In this document: in pieces, positions 7,709 through 16,993 of the stretch
Layout: each line of letters begins with the position of its first letter
Numbering within the stretch: the stretch's first letter is position 1
Assembly: GCF_003010495.1 (NCBI RefSeq)
Contig: NZ_CP027570.1
Span: 2,400,001 to 2,432,000 of the forward strand
Length of the DNA stretch: 32,000 nt
Reading direction: 5' to 3'
DNA from: Megasphaera elsdenii DSM 20460
GTDB taxonomy: Bacteria > Bacillota > Negativicutes > Veillonellales > Megasphaeraceae
Made by a program: the position numbers and the translations under genes
The notes under the pieces: model-generated
Databases searched by the model: none
What the model was told of the DNA's origin: nothing
What the model saw: the letters and a program-made list of their open reading frames with translations, nothing else

Positions 7709-8755
7709 TCAATAATCGAACCGGGCCTGGTAGCGTTCACAGGCTACGGCTACGGTGATGCCGCGGCGACTCTGTTTGGTGACGATGAGTGTCCCCTGAT
7801 GGCTGGCCAGGACAGCCGCCCGTTCGCAGACGTTATCCGTGCCGACCCTTTCTTTGACGAAATCCGATGCCGTAAAGTCACCTGGAACGGCATTGAGTTC
7901 ATCGGCCGTAAAGAAGTGCAGCGGCCACTGCTGGGCTTTGGCAAAGGCCAGGAGACCGGCTTCACCTCGTTTCACGTCGATGGAGCTGACGTCAGCAATG
8001 GCGTCGGGCGATAAGTTGGCCCGCTGCAGAACGGCATTGACCCAATAGGCGATATCCCTGGCCGTCGTCCCCTTGCGGCAGCCGATACCGACGTGGACGA
8101 TGACCGGCCGGGCAACGACGGTTGTGCGGAAAACGGGTACCTGGGCTTTGGTCGTGATCACCAGACCGGCATCGCCGTGGAAGGCATAGACCAGGCCCTG
8201 CGGCAGCGGCCCTTGCAGGGGAAAGTCACTGTAGACACCGGCAGCGCCCTTCTCCAGCATAGCTGCAGCGAAAGCCTTGGCGTCGGCCAGGGAAGACAGG
8301 CGCAGGCCCTGGCGGGCAGCCCATTCATCGACGGCGAACAAGGCGTTGACATCGGTCGCCGTCGTCACGACAGCCTGGCCCTGCAGTTCTTCTGCCAGAC
8401 GGCGGGCAATGGCATTGGCTCCGCCGATATGGCCGGACAAAAGGGGAATGACGAACTGCCCTTTTTCGTCGATGACCAGGACGGCCGGGTCCAGGTCTTT
8501 ATGGCGGATAAAAGGGGCAATGGTTCGGACGGCGATGCCCGCCGCGCCGATGAAGACGACGAGCCGCGCCGCTTCAAAAGCCCGGGCCGCTTCGTCGTGG
8601 AGATTGGGCGTAAACGGCAGGACTCCTTCCTGGACGACGGCGAATTTCTTCAATGATGCCTGACGGACGTCCCAGCCTTCTCCCCGGAGATGGGCAACGA
8701 CGCGGCAGCCTAAGGCCGTCCCGGCCTGGGTAAAGGAAAAGACGACGGCTTTCAT
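7709..8755 (-). CDS. cbiG: Cobalt-precorrin-5A hydrolase (CbiG)
   Basis: MKAVVFSFTQAGTALG...FIGAAGIAVRTIAPFIRHKDLDPAVLVIDEKGQFVIPLLSGHIGGAN...VGIGCRKG...SIDVK shows the CbiG N- and C-domain motifs. ATGA overlap with cbiF. Confidence 0.85.
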   Translation of the reverse strand: MKAVVFSFTQAGTALGCRVVAHLRGEGWDVRQASLKKFAVVQEGVLPFTPNLHDEAARAFEAARLVVFIGAAGIAVRTIAPFIRHKDLDPAVLVIDEKGQFVIPLLSGHIGGANAIARRLAEELQGQAVVTTATDVNALFAVDEWAARQGLRLSSLADAKAFAAAMLEKGAAGVYSDFPLQGPLPQGLVYAFHGDAGLVITTKAQVPVFRTTVVARPVIVHVGIGCRKGTTARDIAYWVNAVLQRANLSPDAIADVSSIDVKRGEAGLLAFAKAQQWPLHFFTADELNAVPGDFTASDFVKERVGTDNVCERAAVLASHQGTLIVTKQSRRGITVAVACERYQARFDY

Positions 8756-9552
8756 GATTCCGTCTCCCCTTGGATATGGTCGCCGTACTGCTGCTCGTCC
8801 GGAGCGGCCTGGCGGCAGCCATGGGTAAAGGCGGGATGATACAAGAGGCTGCGGTCATAAGCCTGGCCCAGGACCTGTCCTACGACAATGAGAGCCGTCT
8901 TGGAAATGCCTTCACGCTGCGCCGTTTCGGCCAACGTGCCGACCGTGCAGGTATAGGTCCGCTCTTCCGGCCACGAAGCCTTATAGACGATAGCCGCCGG
9001 TGTATCGGCGGGATAGCCGCCGCGCAGGAGTTCGGCCTGGAGTCCGTCTAAGAGGGACGCGCTGAGGAAAATGACCATCGTCGCCTGATGAGCAGCGTAA
9101 TCGGCGATTTTCTGCTTGTCCGGCACAGGCGTCCGCCCTTCCATGCGGGTAATGATGACGGACTGGCTGATGCCCGGCAGGGTGTATTCGGCCTGGAGGG
9201 ACGCGGCAGCGGCGCAGAAGGAGCTGACGCCGGGCACGACGTCATAGGCAAGGCCTTTCTGGCTGAGGATATCCATTTGTTCGCGGATGGCACCGTAGAC
9301 CGACGGGTCGCCCGTATGCAGGCGGACAGTCATCCAGCCCTGGCCTTCCCCTTCTTCCATGGCGGCGATGACCGCTTCCAAGGTCATACCGGCACTGTCG
9401 AGGATACGGCAGTCTTTTTTCGCACAGGCCAGCAGCTGCGGGTTGACCAAAGAGCCAGCGTAAATGATCTGATCCGCTGTTTCCAGCAGTTTCTGGCCGC
9501 GGACGGTAATGAGGTCGACAGCACCGGGACCGGCGCCGACAAAATGTATCAT
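8752..9552 (-). CDS. cbiF: Cobalt-precorrin-4 C11-methyltransferase (CbiF)
   Basis: MIHFVGAGPGAVDLITVRGQKLLETADQIIYAGSLVNPQLL...RLHTGDPSVYGAIREQMD...VVPGVSSF. ATGA overlap with cbiD. Confidence 0.9.
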   Translation of the reverse strand: MIHFVGAGPGAVDLITVRGQKLLETADQIIYAGSLVNPQLLACAKKDCRILDSAGMTLEAVIAAMEEGEGQGWMTVRLHTGDPSVYGAIREQMDILSQKGLAYDVVPGVSSFCAAAASLQAEYTLPGISQSVIITRMEGRTPVPDKQKIADYAAHQATMVIFLSASLLDGLQAELLRGGYPADTPAAIVYKASWPEERTYTCTVGTLAETAQREGISKTALIVVGQVLGQAYDRSLLYHPAFTHGCRQAAPDEQQYGDHIQGETES

Positions 9553-10685
9553 CGTAGTTCCCCCTTTGTATGCAATGCAAGAAATGCCTGGGCCCGTGAC
9601 GACTGTCCCAAGACGCCATAGGCATTGGAAAAGACAACGGCTGCCGTCGGGACCTGGCCGTGGGTCCGCTGGTCCATATAGCTTTCTATCTTGTCACAGA
9701 CTGCGGCCATGACGGGCTCCAGCAGGCCCGTTTCTTTCAGCAGGCGGACGGCTTCGTCCGTCGTCAGGCTGTCGTAGATCTTTTGGGCCACCTCACGGGA
9801 AGCGCCGGCAAAAACCGCTTCCAGGGCCAACAGCGTCGTCCGGCCATCGGCATAGCGCGAATGAGTATTCATGATGCCTTGGGCGACTTTGACCAGTTTT
9901 CCGATGTGTCCGATGAGAAGGACGTCGGAAAAGCCTTTATAGGCGGCGTAGTCTAGGGTTTCGCCGACATAATTGCTGATAGTCACGCGCGGACTGACGT
10001 CGAGGCCCAGATGGTCCCGGCTGAAATCGACGCCGTAATTGCCGAAAAAGGCCAATAAATGAGCCTGGCCGGCAGCGCGGCGGGAATCCATTTCTGTATG
10101 GATCGTATCGACCAGGGCCTGTTCGCTCATGGGGTCGACGATGCCCGATGTCCCCAGGATGGACAGGCCGCCGACGATGCCCAGGCGCGGGTTGAAGGTC
10201 TTTTGGGCCAGGCGCTGGCCATCGGGAATGGACAGAGTCAGGCGCAGGCCGCCGGTATAGCCGCACTGCTGGCAAGCCTGCTTTAGGGCTTCGGTAATCA
10301 TGCGGCGCGGCACGGGATTGATGGCCCAATCACCGACGGCGCAGGCCAGGCCGGGCTGGGTCACGCGGCCGACGCCCTCTCCGCCGATGAGGCTCAGACC
10401 AGAAGGCGTCTTTTCGACAGTGCCGTAGACCAACATGCCGTCGGTAATATCCGGGTCGTCGCCACTGTCCTTGCGGATGGCACACGTCGCCGACTGCGGG
10501 CCGAAGGAGACGTCTTCCGGGATGAGCTGGAGCACGGTCCCCTGCGGCGTCTGCAGCGACACGGCATCGACGCGGCGCCCGGTCAGGACCATCATGGCCG
10601 CCGCCTTGGCTGCCGCAGCGGCACAAGAGCCGGTCGTATAGCCGCAGCGCAGTTTCTTCCCCTCTTTGACAGTGAATAATGACAT
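9549..10685 (-). CDS. cbiD: Cobalt-precorrin-5B C1-methyltransferase (CbiD)
   Basis: LRCGYTTGSCAAAAAKAA...DDPDITDG...GEGVGRVTQPGL...AINPVPRRMI...GGLSILGTSGIVDPMS is the CbiD family signature. Confidence 0.9.
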   Translation of the reverse strand: MSLFTVKEGKKLRCGYTTGSCAAAAAKAAAMMVLTGRRVDAVSLQTPQGTVLQLIPEDVSFGPQSATCAIRKDSGDDPDITDGMLVYGTVEKTPSGLSLIGGEGVGRVTQPGLACAVGDWAINPVPRRMITEALKQACQQCGYTGGLRLTLSIPDGQRLAQKTFNPRLGIVGGLSILGTSGIVDPMSEQALVDTIHTEMDSRRAAGQAHLLAFFGNYGVDFSRDHLGLDVSPRVTISNYVGETLDYAAYKGFSDVLLIGHIGKLVKVAQGIMNTHSRYADGRTTLLALEAVFAGASREVAQKIYDSLTTDEAVRLLKETGLLEPVMAAVCDKIESYMDQRTHGQVPTAAVVFSNAYGVLGQSSRAQAFLALHTKGELR

Positions 10686-10722
10686 GGTAATATTCTCTCT
10701 TCCTATCTCTCTACAAATCTTA

Positions 10723-11538
10723 TCACGTTTTCCCTAAGTTTGAAGTTTGAAGTGAAACATCACTCCGCAAGACGACAATCGCCGAACGGCCATCACAGGT
10801 GGTGACGATGTCCGTATGGACGGCAAAAACATCCCACAGGCGTTCTGGCGTGAGGACGGCCTGAGGTGGTCCGGTGCAGACCAGTCTCCCGTCTTTCATG
10901 ACGACCACTTCGTCGGCATATTGCCAGGCCTGGTTCATATCGTGGAGAACGACGACGACGGTCTTCTGCCAGCGCTCGTTGATGCGGCGCAGGAGGTCGA
11001 GGATGCGCAATTGATGATGCACGTCGAGGTACGTCGTCGGTTCGTCCAACAAGAGGATGGGTGCATCCTGGGCCAGCAGGACGGCCAGCCAGGCCCGCTG
11101 CTGTTCCCCGCCGGACAGGTGCTGCATGGCTTGGCCGGCATGGGCTTCGAGGCCGACGGCCCGGATAGCCCCTTCGACAGCGTCCCGGTCTTCCCGTCGC
11201 GAGCCACTCCAAAGACGGCGGTAGGGAAAGCGCCCCATCCGCACCAACTCGTGGACAGTCACATCCGGCGGCACGTCATGGGTCTGGGTCAGAAAGGCGA
11301 TTTCCCGCGACAAGGCCTTTCGGGAAAAATCATGGACGTCGCGGCCACCGAGGCAGATAGAACCGCCGACGACGGGAATCATGCCGTTCACGGCCTTGAG
11401 AAAGGTACTCTTGCCGCAGCCGTTGGGGCCGATGATGGCCGTCACCTTCCCCTTGGGCAGGCCTATGCTGAAATCATGGAGTATTGTCCGCCGGCCGCGG
11501 CAGACGACGAGATTCCGGACCGTAATGGCATCAGCCAT
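10723..11538 (-). CDS. ABC transporter ATP-binding protein, FecE/FepC/BtuD family. Likely corrinoid import given the riboswitch context.
   Basis: Walker A GPNGCGKST, Q-loop, signature LSGGEQQR and Walker B ILLLDEPT. It sits downstream of the cognate permease and binding protein within a cobalamin-riboswitch operon. The substrate assignment is inference. Confidence 0.85.
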   Translation of the reverse strand: MADAITVRNLVVCRGRRTILHDFSIGLPKGKVTAIIGPNGCGKSTFLKAVNGMIPVVGGSICLGGRDVHDFSRKALSREIAFLTQTHDVPPDVTVHELVRMGRFPYRRLWSGSRREDRDAVEGAIRAVGLEAHAGQAMQHLSGGEQQRAWLAVLLAQDAPILLLDEPTTYLDVHHQLRILDLLRRINERWQKTVVVVLHDMNQAWQYADEVVVMKDGRLVCTGPPQAVLTPERLWDVFAVHTDIVTTCDGRSAIVVLRSDVSLQTSNLGKT

Positions 11539-11541
11539 GAC

Positions 11542-12540
11542 TCACACTTCCTTCCGCAAGAGAAATAAGAAAAACGGCGCCCCGATGAAAGCCATGATGA
11601 TGCCTACGGGCAATTCAGCCGGCGCCAGGATCAGCCGGGCTGCCGTATCGCTCAAGGTCACCGTCGCCACGCCGAGGATAGCCGCCCCCGGGATGAGATA
11701 GCGATAATCGGACCCGACCAGGAGGCGCACGATATGGGGTACGATGAGGCCGACGAAGCCCAGCAGGCCGGCGACGCTGACGGCACTAGCCGCCAGCAGG
11801 GCAGCCACCGCCGTCAGGCCCAGACGGGCGCCTTCGACAGACAGGCCCAGGCTGCGGGCCATGTCGTCGCCGAGCTGGAGCAGGTTGAGGTAATAGGCCC
11901 CGATTCCCGACAGAATCAAGCCGATGACCGTATACGGCAGAATCGTCGTCACGTCTTTCCAGCTGCTAGCAGCCAGGCCGCCGACCATCCACAACAGGGC
12001 GCCGTGGACGCGATCACTGTAAAAAATGAGGATGCCCGAAATGATAGCGCCCAGGAAGGCCGACACGGCGACACCAGCCAGGATGATGCGCACTGGCCGG
12101 ATGCCGTCTTTCCAGGCCAGGAGATAAATGAGGACGGCTGCCGCCATGGCCCCGAGGAAGGCGGCCGGCGTCATCCAGAAGAGGTATGCCGGCCAGACGA
12201 TGAGGACGACAATGCCCGCCAGGCCGGCACCGGATGAAATGCCGATGATATGCGGGTCGGCCAGGGGATTGCGCATGACCGCCTGGAGGATAGCGCCGGA
12301 CAAAGCCAGATTCGCCCCGACCAGGGCCCCCGTCAGGGTCCGGGGCAGGCGGATATTCCAGATAATCTGATCGGCCGTCCGGACCGACGGCTGCCAGAGG
12401 ATATGGATGACGTCAACCGGCGTAATCGCCGCAACGCCCTGCAAGATGGATAGGATCAGGCCGGACAGGGCCAGGACGGCAAAGGCACCCAGCACGAGCC
12501 AGCGCCAAAGCGTGCGGTGACGGCTGGCGACACTATTCAT
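11542..12540 (-). CDS. ABC transporter permease, FecCD/BtuC family
   Basis: About 10 hydrophobic segments, with RLPRTLTGALVGANLALSGAILQAVMRNPLADPHIIGISSGAGLA typical of FecCD permeases. Start chosen at ATG 12540 (MNSVASRHRTLWRW...), overlapping the upstream stop by 8 nt, rather than the track start at 12636. Confidence 0.85.
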   Translation of the reverse strand: MNSVASRHRTLWRWLVLGAFAVLALSGLILSILQGVAAITPVDVIHILWQPSVRTADQIIWNIRLPRTLTGALVGANLALSGAILQAVMRNPLADPHIIGISSGAGLAGIVVLIVWPAYLFWMTPAAFLGAMAAAVLIYLLAWKDGIRPVRIILAGVAVSAFLGAIISGILIFYSDRVHGALLWMVGGLAASSWKDVTTILPYTVIGLILSGIGAYYLNLLQLGDDMARSLGLSVEGARLGLTAVAALLAASAVSVAGLLGFVGLIVPHIVRLLVGSDYRYLIPGAAILGVATVTLSDTAARLILAPAELPVGIIMAFIGAPFFLFLLRKEV

Positions 12541-13489
12541 GAACGGCCTCCGGATAGACCAAATGGGCCATATAGGCGACGGCTTTCGGATAGTCCAGGC
12601 CCGGATTGAGGAGGAAATATTTTTCCGGCAGGACATAGACCCGGCCGGCCTTCACGGCTGACAGGGACGCCCAGGCCGGATTGCCCTTGATGTCTTCCTG
12701 GATGCGCTTTTCGATTTTATCCGACGAACCCATAGAGGTCAGGAAAATGACGTCCGGGTCGGCCTGGACCAGGCTTTCCATGCTGTATGGGATGCGCGTC
12801 GTCTGGCCATCCGTCGCGGCATCAGCAGCGATATTCTGTAAATGCAGGAGCTGGGCCATATCGCCGGCAATGCTCGACGGCAGTTCGACGCTGACCGAGC
12901 TGGGTGTAGCGTGGATGATGGCGACCCGCTTCCCTTGAGCCGGTACGGCATCGGCGATGGCCTGGACAGCCTGGTCCAGTTCGGCTTCCTTGGCCTTGGC
13001 CGCGTCTTCTTTGCCGTATACTTTGCCGATGATATCGAGGTTGCGCTTGACGTCGTCATAGGTCTTGGTCTTGAGGACCAAAACGGGAATATGGCTTTCT
13101 TCCAGCTGGGCCGCCAATTTCGCATGGTGGTCGGCGCTGGCAATGACCAAATCCGGCTGGCAGGCCAGGACCTTTTCCAGGCTCACGTTGTAGACCGGGC
13201 CGACATCCGGCACGGCTTGATACTTCGCCGGCAGGGACGCATCTTCCGCTTTGACCGCCGACCGGCCGGCCAGGTCCCCATCGACAGCCGCGGCAAAATT
13301 GAGGAGTGACGTCGACAGGACGACGACGCGCTGCGGTTTCTCAGGCAACGTGACAACCGTCCCCCTATCGTCGGTCACGACGGCATAGGCTCCAGATGAG
13401 CTGCCGCCCTGAGTAGCTGCGTTCTGCGGCGCACATCCTGCCAGAGCCAGCAGGCAAAAAGCGACGATGAGCAGACAAATTTTTTTCAC
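12533..13489 (-). CDS. Periplasmic substrate-binding lipoprotein, class III (BtuF/FhuD-like)
   Basis: GTG start preceded by a TAGGAGGTG SD. Lipobox in MKKICLLIVAFCLLALAGC-APQ. The pattern PQRVVVLSTSLLNF...PDLVIAS...PDVIFL...W..L.AVK.GRVY is typical of cluster-A iron-siderophore/cobalamin binding proteins. Confidence 0.8.
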   Translation of the reverse strand: MKKICLLIVAFCLLALAGCAPQNAATQGGSSSGAYAVVTDDRGTVVTLPEKPQRVVVLSTSLLNFAAAVDGDLAGRSAVKAEDASLPAKYQAVPDVGPVYNVSLEKVLACQPDLVIASADHHAKLAAQLEESHIPVLVLKTKTYDDVKRNLDIIGKVYGKEDAAKAKEAELDQAVQAIADAVPAQGKRVAIIHATPSSVSVELPSSIAGDMAQLLHLQNIAADAATDGQTTRIPYSMESLVQADPDVIFLTSMGSSDKIEKRIQEDIKGNPAWASLSAVKAGRVYVLPEKYFLLNPGLDYPKAVAYMAHLVYPEAVHE

Positions 13490-13503
13490 CGTAAAGGCAC
13501 CTC

Positions 13504-15828
13504 CTAAAACTTTTTCTTCACGCCGACCTGCCAGTTGCGCCCGGCAGTCGGATAATTATGGTACAGATCATAGGCCTCGTCGTTGAGGTTGTTGACTTTG
13601 ACATACATCGTCGTCGCCGCATCAGGCGAATACGACGCGCTGACATTCCAGACGACATAGGAATTATTGCGGTAATACGTATCGTTGCGTCCGGTCCCGG
13701 CAGTCATATCGGCGCCAGCCTGCCATTTACCGCTGTGGTAATGGACGCCGGCGTGATAGCCGTTCGGCTGGTTGTACGACATGTCGTAGACGAGGCCGTC
13801 GCCCTTGCCCTGGTCCACTTTCGTATGGATATAGGAATAACCCGCTTCGTAATCCCACTTGTCGTTGACCTTCTGCTTCCACGTCAGCTCAAAGCCCCGC
13901 TTGTCCTCTTCGTTGAGGTTTTCCGCTTCCGAGTAGCTGGACGTGCGGTTCCAGCGGATGACGTTTTCCAAATTGCTGTGGAAAATGCTGCCTTCGAGGC
14001 TCGTCTTGGGACCGGCCTGATACTGGAAGCCCAGGGTCTGGGTATAGCCTTCTTCAGGCTGCAAGTTTTCGTTGCCGTGCGACGTCGAGGTAATGTAGAA
14101 CTGGTCGTTCAGGCGCGGCGGCGAGAAGACGCGGCCCCAGGAAGTATAGACGTTGAAATCCTTATTGGCCTTATAGTTCATGGCCAGGCGCGGCGTCTGG
14201 TGAACGCCGTACGTGCTGCTATTATCCCAGCGCAGACCCGGCGTGACGGTGAACTTGCCGAAGGTCAGGGCATCTTCGGCATAGAAGGCCTGATTATGAC
14301 GTTTTTTGTCGATATAATGGGCTTCATAATTGGTCCCCATGTCTTCCGTCCATTCGGCACCGGCCGTCACATGCTGATGCGAGCCGAGCTGCCAGTTATC
14401 CTGCCATTCCAGGCCCTGGGTGCGGGTGAAATAATGGTTGGACCAGTACGTCCGCTGGTAATCATTGAAATAGCGCAGGAAACCCGGCTGGGCTGTCTGC
14501 TTCTTAAAATGATAAGTCACACTGTAGTCGTTGACCAGCCGGTCGATGGGCTTATTCGCCGTCAGGTACCAGCCGGCCGGGTCGGCTTTATACGTCGAAC
14601 CGTGGCCGTGATAGTCCTGATGATAGGCTTTCACCGTCAGCGACGTCTGGTCCGTCAGGTCCTGGTCCAGCCGCAAGGATAAGGACTTCTTGGCGATGTC
14701 GCCGCGGGAATGGTCCGTATTGGCCCCGTGAGGAAAGGCATAGTACTCCCGCTGTTCCAGGCTGCCGCTGACAAGCCAGCTCGTCGCACCGGCCCGGCCG
14801 CTGTCGGTCAGGGTGTAGCCGTGCATCCCCCAGGAGCCGGTATAGGCATCGAGGGACGATTCGCGACGGTCCCCTTTCTTGGTGACGATATTGATGACAC
14901 CGCCGACGGCACCGCTGCCGTAGCGGACGGAGCCACTGCCCTTGGTGACTTCGATGTGGTCGATGGCCCCGATGCCGGGCAGACTGGCCAAATCGACGCT
15001 GCCCCGGCCATAGCCGGAACCCTGGGCGTTAGCCAGGCTCTGGCCGTCGACGAGGATCAGGACCCGGTCGTCGCCATTGAGTTTGACATACGAGGAAATA
15101 CCGGGCACCATTTCGTTGACCGTTACGCCCGTGACGCGCTGCAGGGCCTGCTGGACCGTCGTATCCTGGTGGGCTTCCATGTTTTCCGCCGTAATGACGG
15201 TCGTATTCGATTGGCTGGGCGGGATGGCCGGTGTGGGTGGAACTATCTTCGCTTCCGATAACTTTATGGGAAATTTTTTCCGCAAGGCGTCAAGAATATC
15301 GGCGACGGCATCGGGTACCTGGAGAGTCCCAGCCGGAGCGGCTGCCTCGTTCTTCCCCGGCCCGGCAGCCCGTACCGTACCGCCCGAGTCCCGGCCGGAT
15401 TGGCTGGCAGATTGGGGCTTCCCTGCCAAGGCGGGTGGCCGGGAGACAGTCCCGGAGCCTGTCGAAGCGGCCTTTTCCCGGCTGGCCTGCGATATAACCT
15501 CATAGGTCAGCCCATCGGCAGCCGTTCCCACCTCGTCCAAACCAGGCGAAGCGGCTTCCCCATTTGTCAGGGTTCCCGATACTCCAGCGCTGCTGTCCAG
15601 GTCAGCTGCACCGCCCTGGTCCTCATCGCTCCCTGCCGCATCACGGCCGCCGGCACCGGCCAGATCTTCTGCATTGTAGACCATGACCTCGGTCACGCCG
15701 GCCTGACGCGTATACTGCTGGAACAAGGTAAAGAAACCACCGGCTGCCAGGGCCAGGTAGACGGCAGCGTGGAGCGATACGGAGGCGCCGGCAGCGATGC
15801 GTCCCCGTTTCCCCTTCCAGGGCTTCAC
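13504..15828 (-). CDS. TonB-dependent outer-membrane receptor (plug + beta-barrel) carrying a ~205-aa N-terminal extension that looks like a TonB membrane anchor and linker
   Basis: TonB-box-like TTVITAE. Plug: VTGVTVNE...LVDGQSL...IDHIEVTKGSGSVRYGSGAVGGVINIVTKKG. Long barrel ends in ...GRNWQVGVKKKF with a terminal aromatic residue. The N-terminus MKPWKGKRGRIAAGASVSLHAAVYLALAAGGFF has the SxxxH transmembrane motif of TonB. GTG start overlaps the exbD stop (GTGA). Confidence 0.85.
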   Translation of the reverse strand: MKPWKGKRGRIAAGASVSLHAAVYLALAAGGFFTLFQQYTRQAGVTEVMVYNAEDLAGAGGRDAAGSDEDQGGAADLDSSAGVSGTLTNGEAASPGLDEVGTAADGLTYEVISQASREKAASTGSGTVSRPPALAGKPQSASQSGRDSGGTVRAAGPGKNEAAAPAGTLQVPDAVADILDALRKKFPIKLSEAKIVPPTPAIPPSQSNTTVITAENMEAHQDTTVQQALQRVTGVTVNEMVPGISSYVKLNGDDRVLILVDGQSLANAQGSGYGRGSVDLASLPGIGAIDHIEVTKGSGSVRYGSGAVGGVINIVTKKGDRRESSLDAYTGSWGMHGYTLTDSGRAGATSWLVSGSLEQREYYAFPHGANTDHSRGDIAKKSLSLRLDQDLTDQTSLTVKAYHQDYHGHGSTYKADPAGWYLTANKPIDRLVNDYSVTYHFKKQTAQPGFLRYFNDYQRTYWSNHYFTRTQGLEWQDNWQLGSHQHVTAGAEWTEDMGTNYEAHYIDKKRHNQAFYAEDALTFGKFTVTPGLRWDNSSTYGVHQTPRLAMNYKANKDFNVYTSWGRVFSPPRLNDQFYITSTSHGNENLQPEEGYTQTLGFQYQAGPKTSLEGSIFHSNLENVIRWNRTSSYSEAENLNEEDKRGFELTWKQKVNDKWDYEAGYSYIHTKVDQGKGDGLVYDMSYNQPNGYHAGVHYHSGKWQAGADMTAGTGRNDTYYRNNSYVVWNVSASYSPDAATTMYVKVNNLNDEAYDLYHNYPTAGRNWQVGVKKKF

Positions 15829-16244
15829 GGCTGGTCCCCTTTCTCAGCAGCCAGGCCGATACGGGTGATGCCGGCCCGCTTCAAATCGTCGAGGACATCG
15901 GCGACCTGGCCGTAATCAAGGCCCCGATCGGCACAGAGGACGACGTAGAACGCGCTGTCCTGAGCCTGCTGATCCCGGGCGGAGGCAATCAGTTCTTTTT
16001 CCTGGACGGGCTGACCGTTGAGCCACAACGACCCGTCAGTCTTCAAGGTCACGACGTACGGCGCCGACGGCTGGGCCTGGGCAGCCGAAGCCCGCGGCAG
16101 CTGGACACCCAGGCTGTGCAGGTCGACCATGGACAGGGACGTCATCATGAAAAAGACCAGCAGGAAGAACATGATATCGATCATGGGGATAATCATAATC
16201 GAAGGCCGCTCGAACTGGCGGCGATTGCGTAATTGCATGGTCAC
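15825..16244 (-). CDS. exbD: Biopolymer transport protein ExbD/TolR
   Basis: 139 aa. RPSIMIIPMIDIMFFLLVFFMMT single TM with the conserved Asp, then a periplasmic domain VVLCADRGLDYGQVADVLDDLKRAGITRIGL. Overlaps the exbB stop. Confidence 0.85.
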   Translation of the reverse strand: MTMQLRNRRQFERPSIMIIPMIDIMFFLLVFFMMTSLSMVDLHSLGVQLPRASAAQAQPSAPYVVTLKTDGSLWLNGQPVQEKELIASARDQQAQDSAFYVVLCADRGLDYGQVADVLDDLKRAGITRIGLAAEKGDQP

Positions 16245-16855
16245 TGCCCCACTTTCTCAGCCATCGTTTCCAGCGCCGAAAAGCACAGTTCCATGTCGGT
16301 AATGATGCGGTCCAGGCGCTGCGTGAAATAGGCGTGGACGGCCAGGGCCAGGATGGCCACGCAGAGGCCGAAAGCCGTGGCGATGAGGGCTTCGCCGACG
16401 CCGCCGGTAATGGCGATGGCCTGGCCGGACTGGATGTTGAGGACACTGAAGGCGCGAATCATGCCGCTGATTGTCCCCAAAAGCCCCAAGAGCGGCGCCA
16501 TGGTGACGATGACCGACAGATAATAGAGGCGGTTGCGCAATTTCGCAATGAAGATGCCCGACTGCATCTCGACGAAGGCCTTGACGTCAGGCCCAGCCTG
16601 GCCCTGGAAGACCTCCTGCAAGATGAGGGGCAGTCCGCCATGAGATCCGGCAGCCAGCTGCTGTGCCTGGTCGCAGCGCCGCAGTTTCATCTGCGTATAG
16701 AACTGTTCGGCAAAGGCCTTCCCGGCGTCCATGTTCCCATAGAACAAAACCCGTTCGATGCCAATATAGCCGACGAAGAGTGAACAGGCCAGGAGCAGGT
16801 ACATGACCGGCCCGCCTGCCTGAAATAACTGAAATCCCTGTAAAATCGCTTCCAT
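16241..16855 (-). CDS. exbB: MotA/TolQ/ExbB proton-channel protein
   Basis: MEAILQGFQLFQAGGPVMYLLLACSLF... and ...MAPLLGLLGTISGMIRAF...GGVGEALIATAFGLCVAILAL are the ExbB TM2/TM3 signature. Start at ATG 16855 (GGACAGGAGG SD) is preferred over the track start at 16900. Confidence 0.85.
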   Translation of the reverse strand: MEAILQGFQLFQAGGPVMYLLLACSLFVGYIGIERVLFYGNMDAGKAFAEQFYTQMKLRRCDQAQQLAAGSHGGLPLILQEVFQGQAGPDVKAFVEMQSGIFIAKLRNRLYYLSVIVTMAPLLGLLGTISGMIRAFSVLNIQSGQAIAITGGVGEALIATAFGLCVAILALAVHAYFTQRLDRIITDMELCFSALETMAEKVGQ

Positions 16856-16898
16856 TATGACCTCCTGTCCGGCCTGGCGAAGCGCCGAACAGAGGTAC

Positions 16899-16934
16899 AA
16901 ATAGAAAAGGAGCCGCCTTTAGCTGACAGCTCCT
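16899..16934 (-). terminator. Intrinsic terminator forming the expression platform of the cobalamin riboswitch
   Basis: On the minus strand, AGGAGCTGTC-agctaaa-GGCGGCTCCT (10-bp stem including 2 G-U pairs) followed by TTTCTATTT. It lies between the aptamer and the exbB SD. Confidence 0.55.
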
Positions 16935-16993
16935 CCAAGTAACTTTCCATACAATCTCCTTCCCATCGCTCGCAGGTCTATCGGTGATTATCC

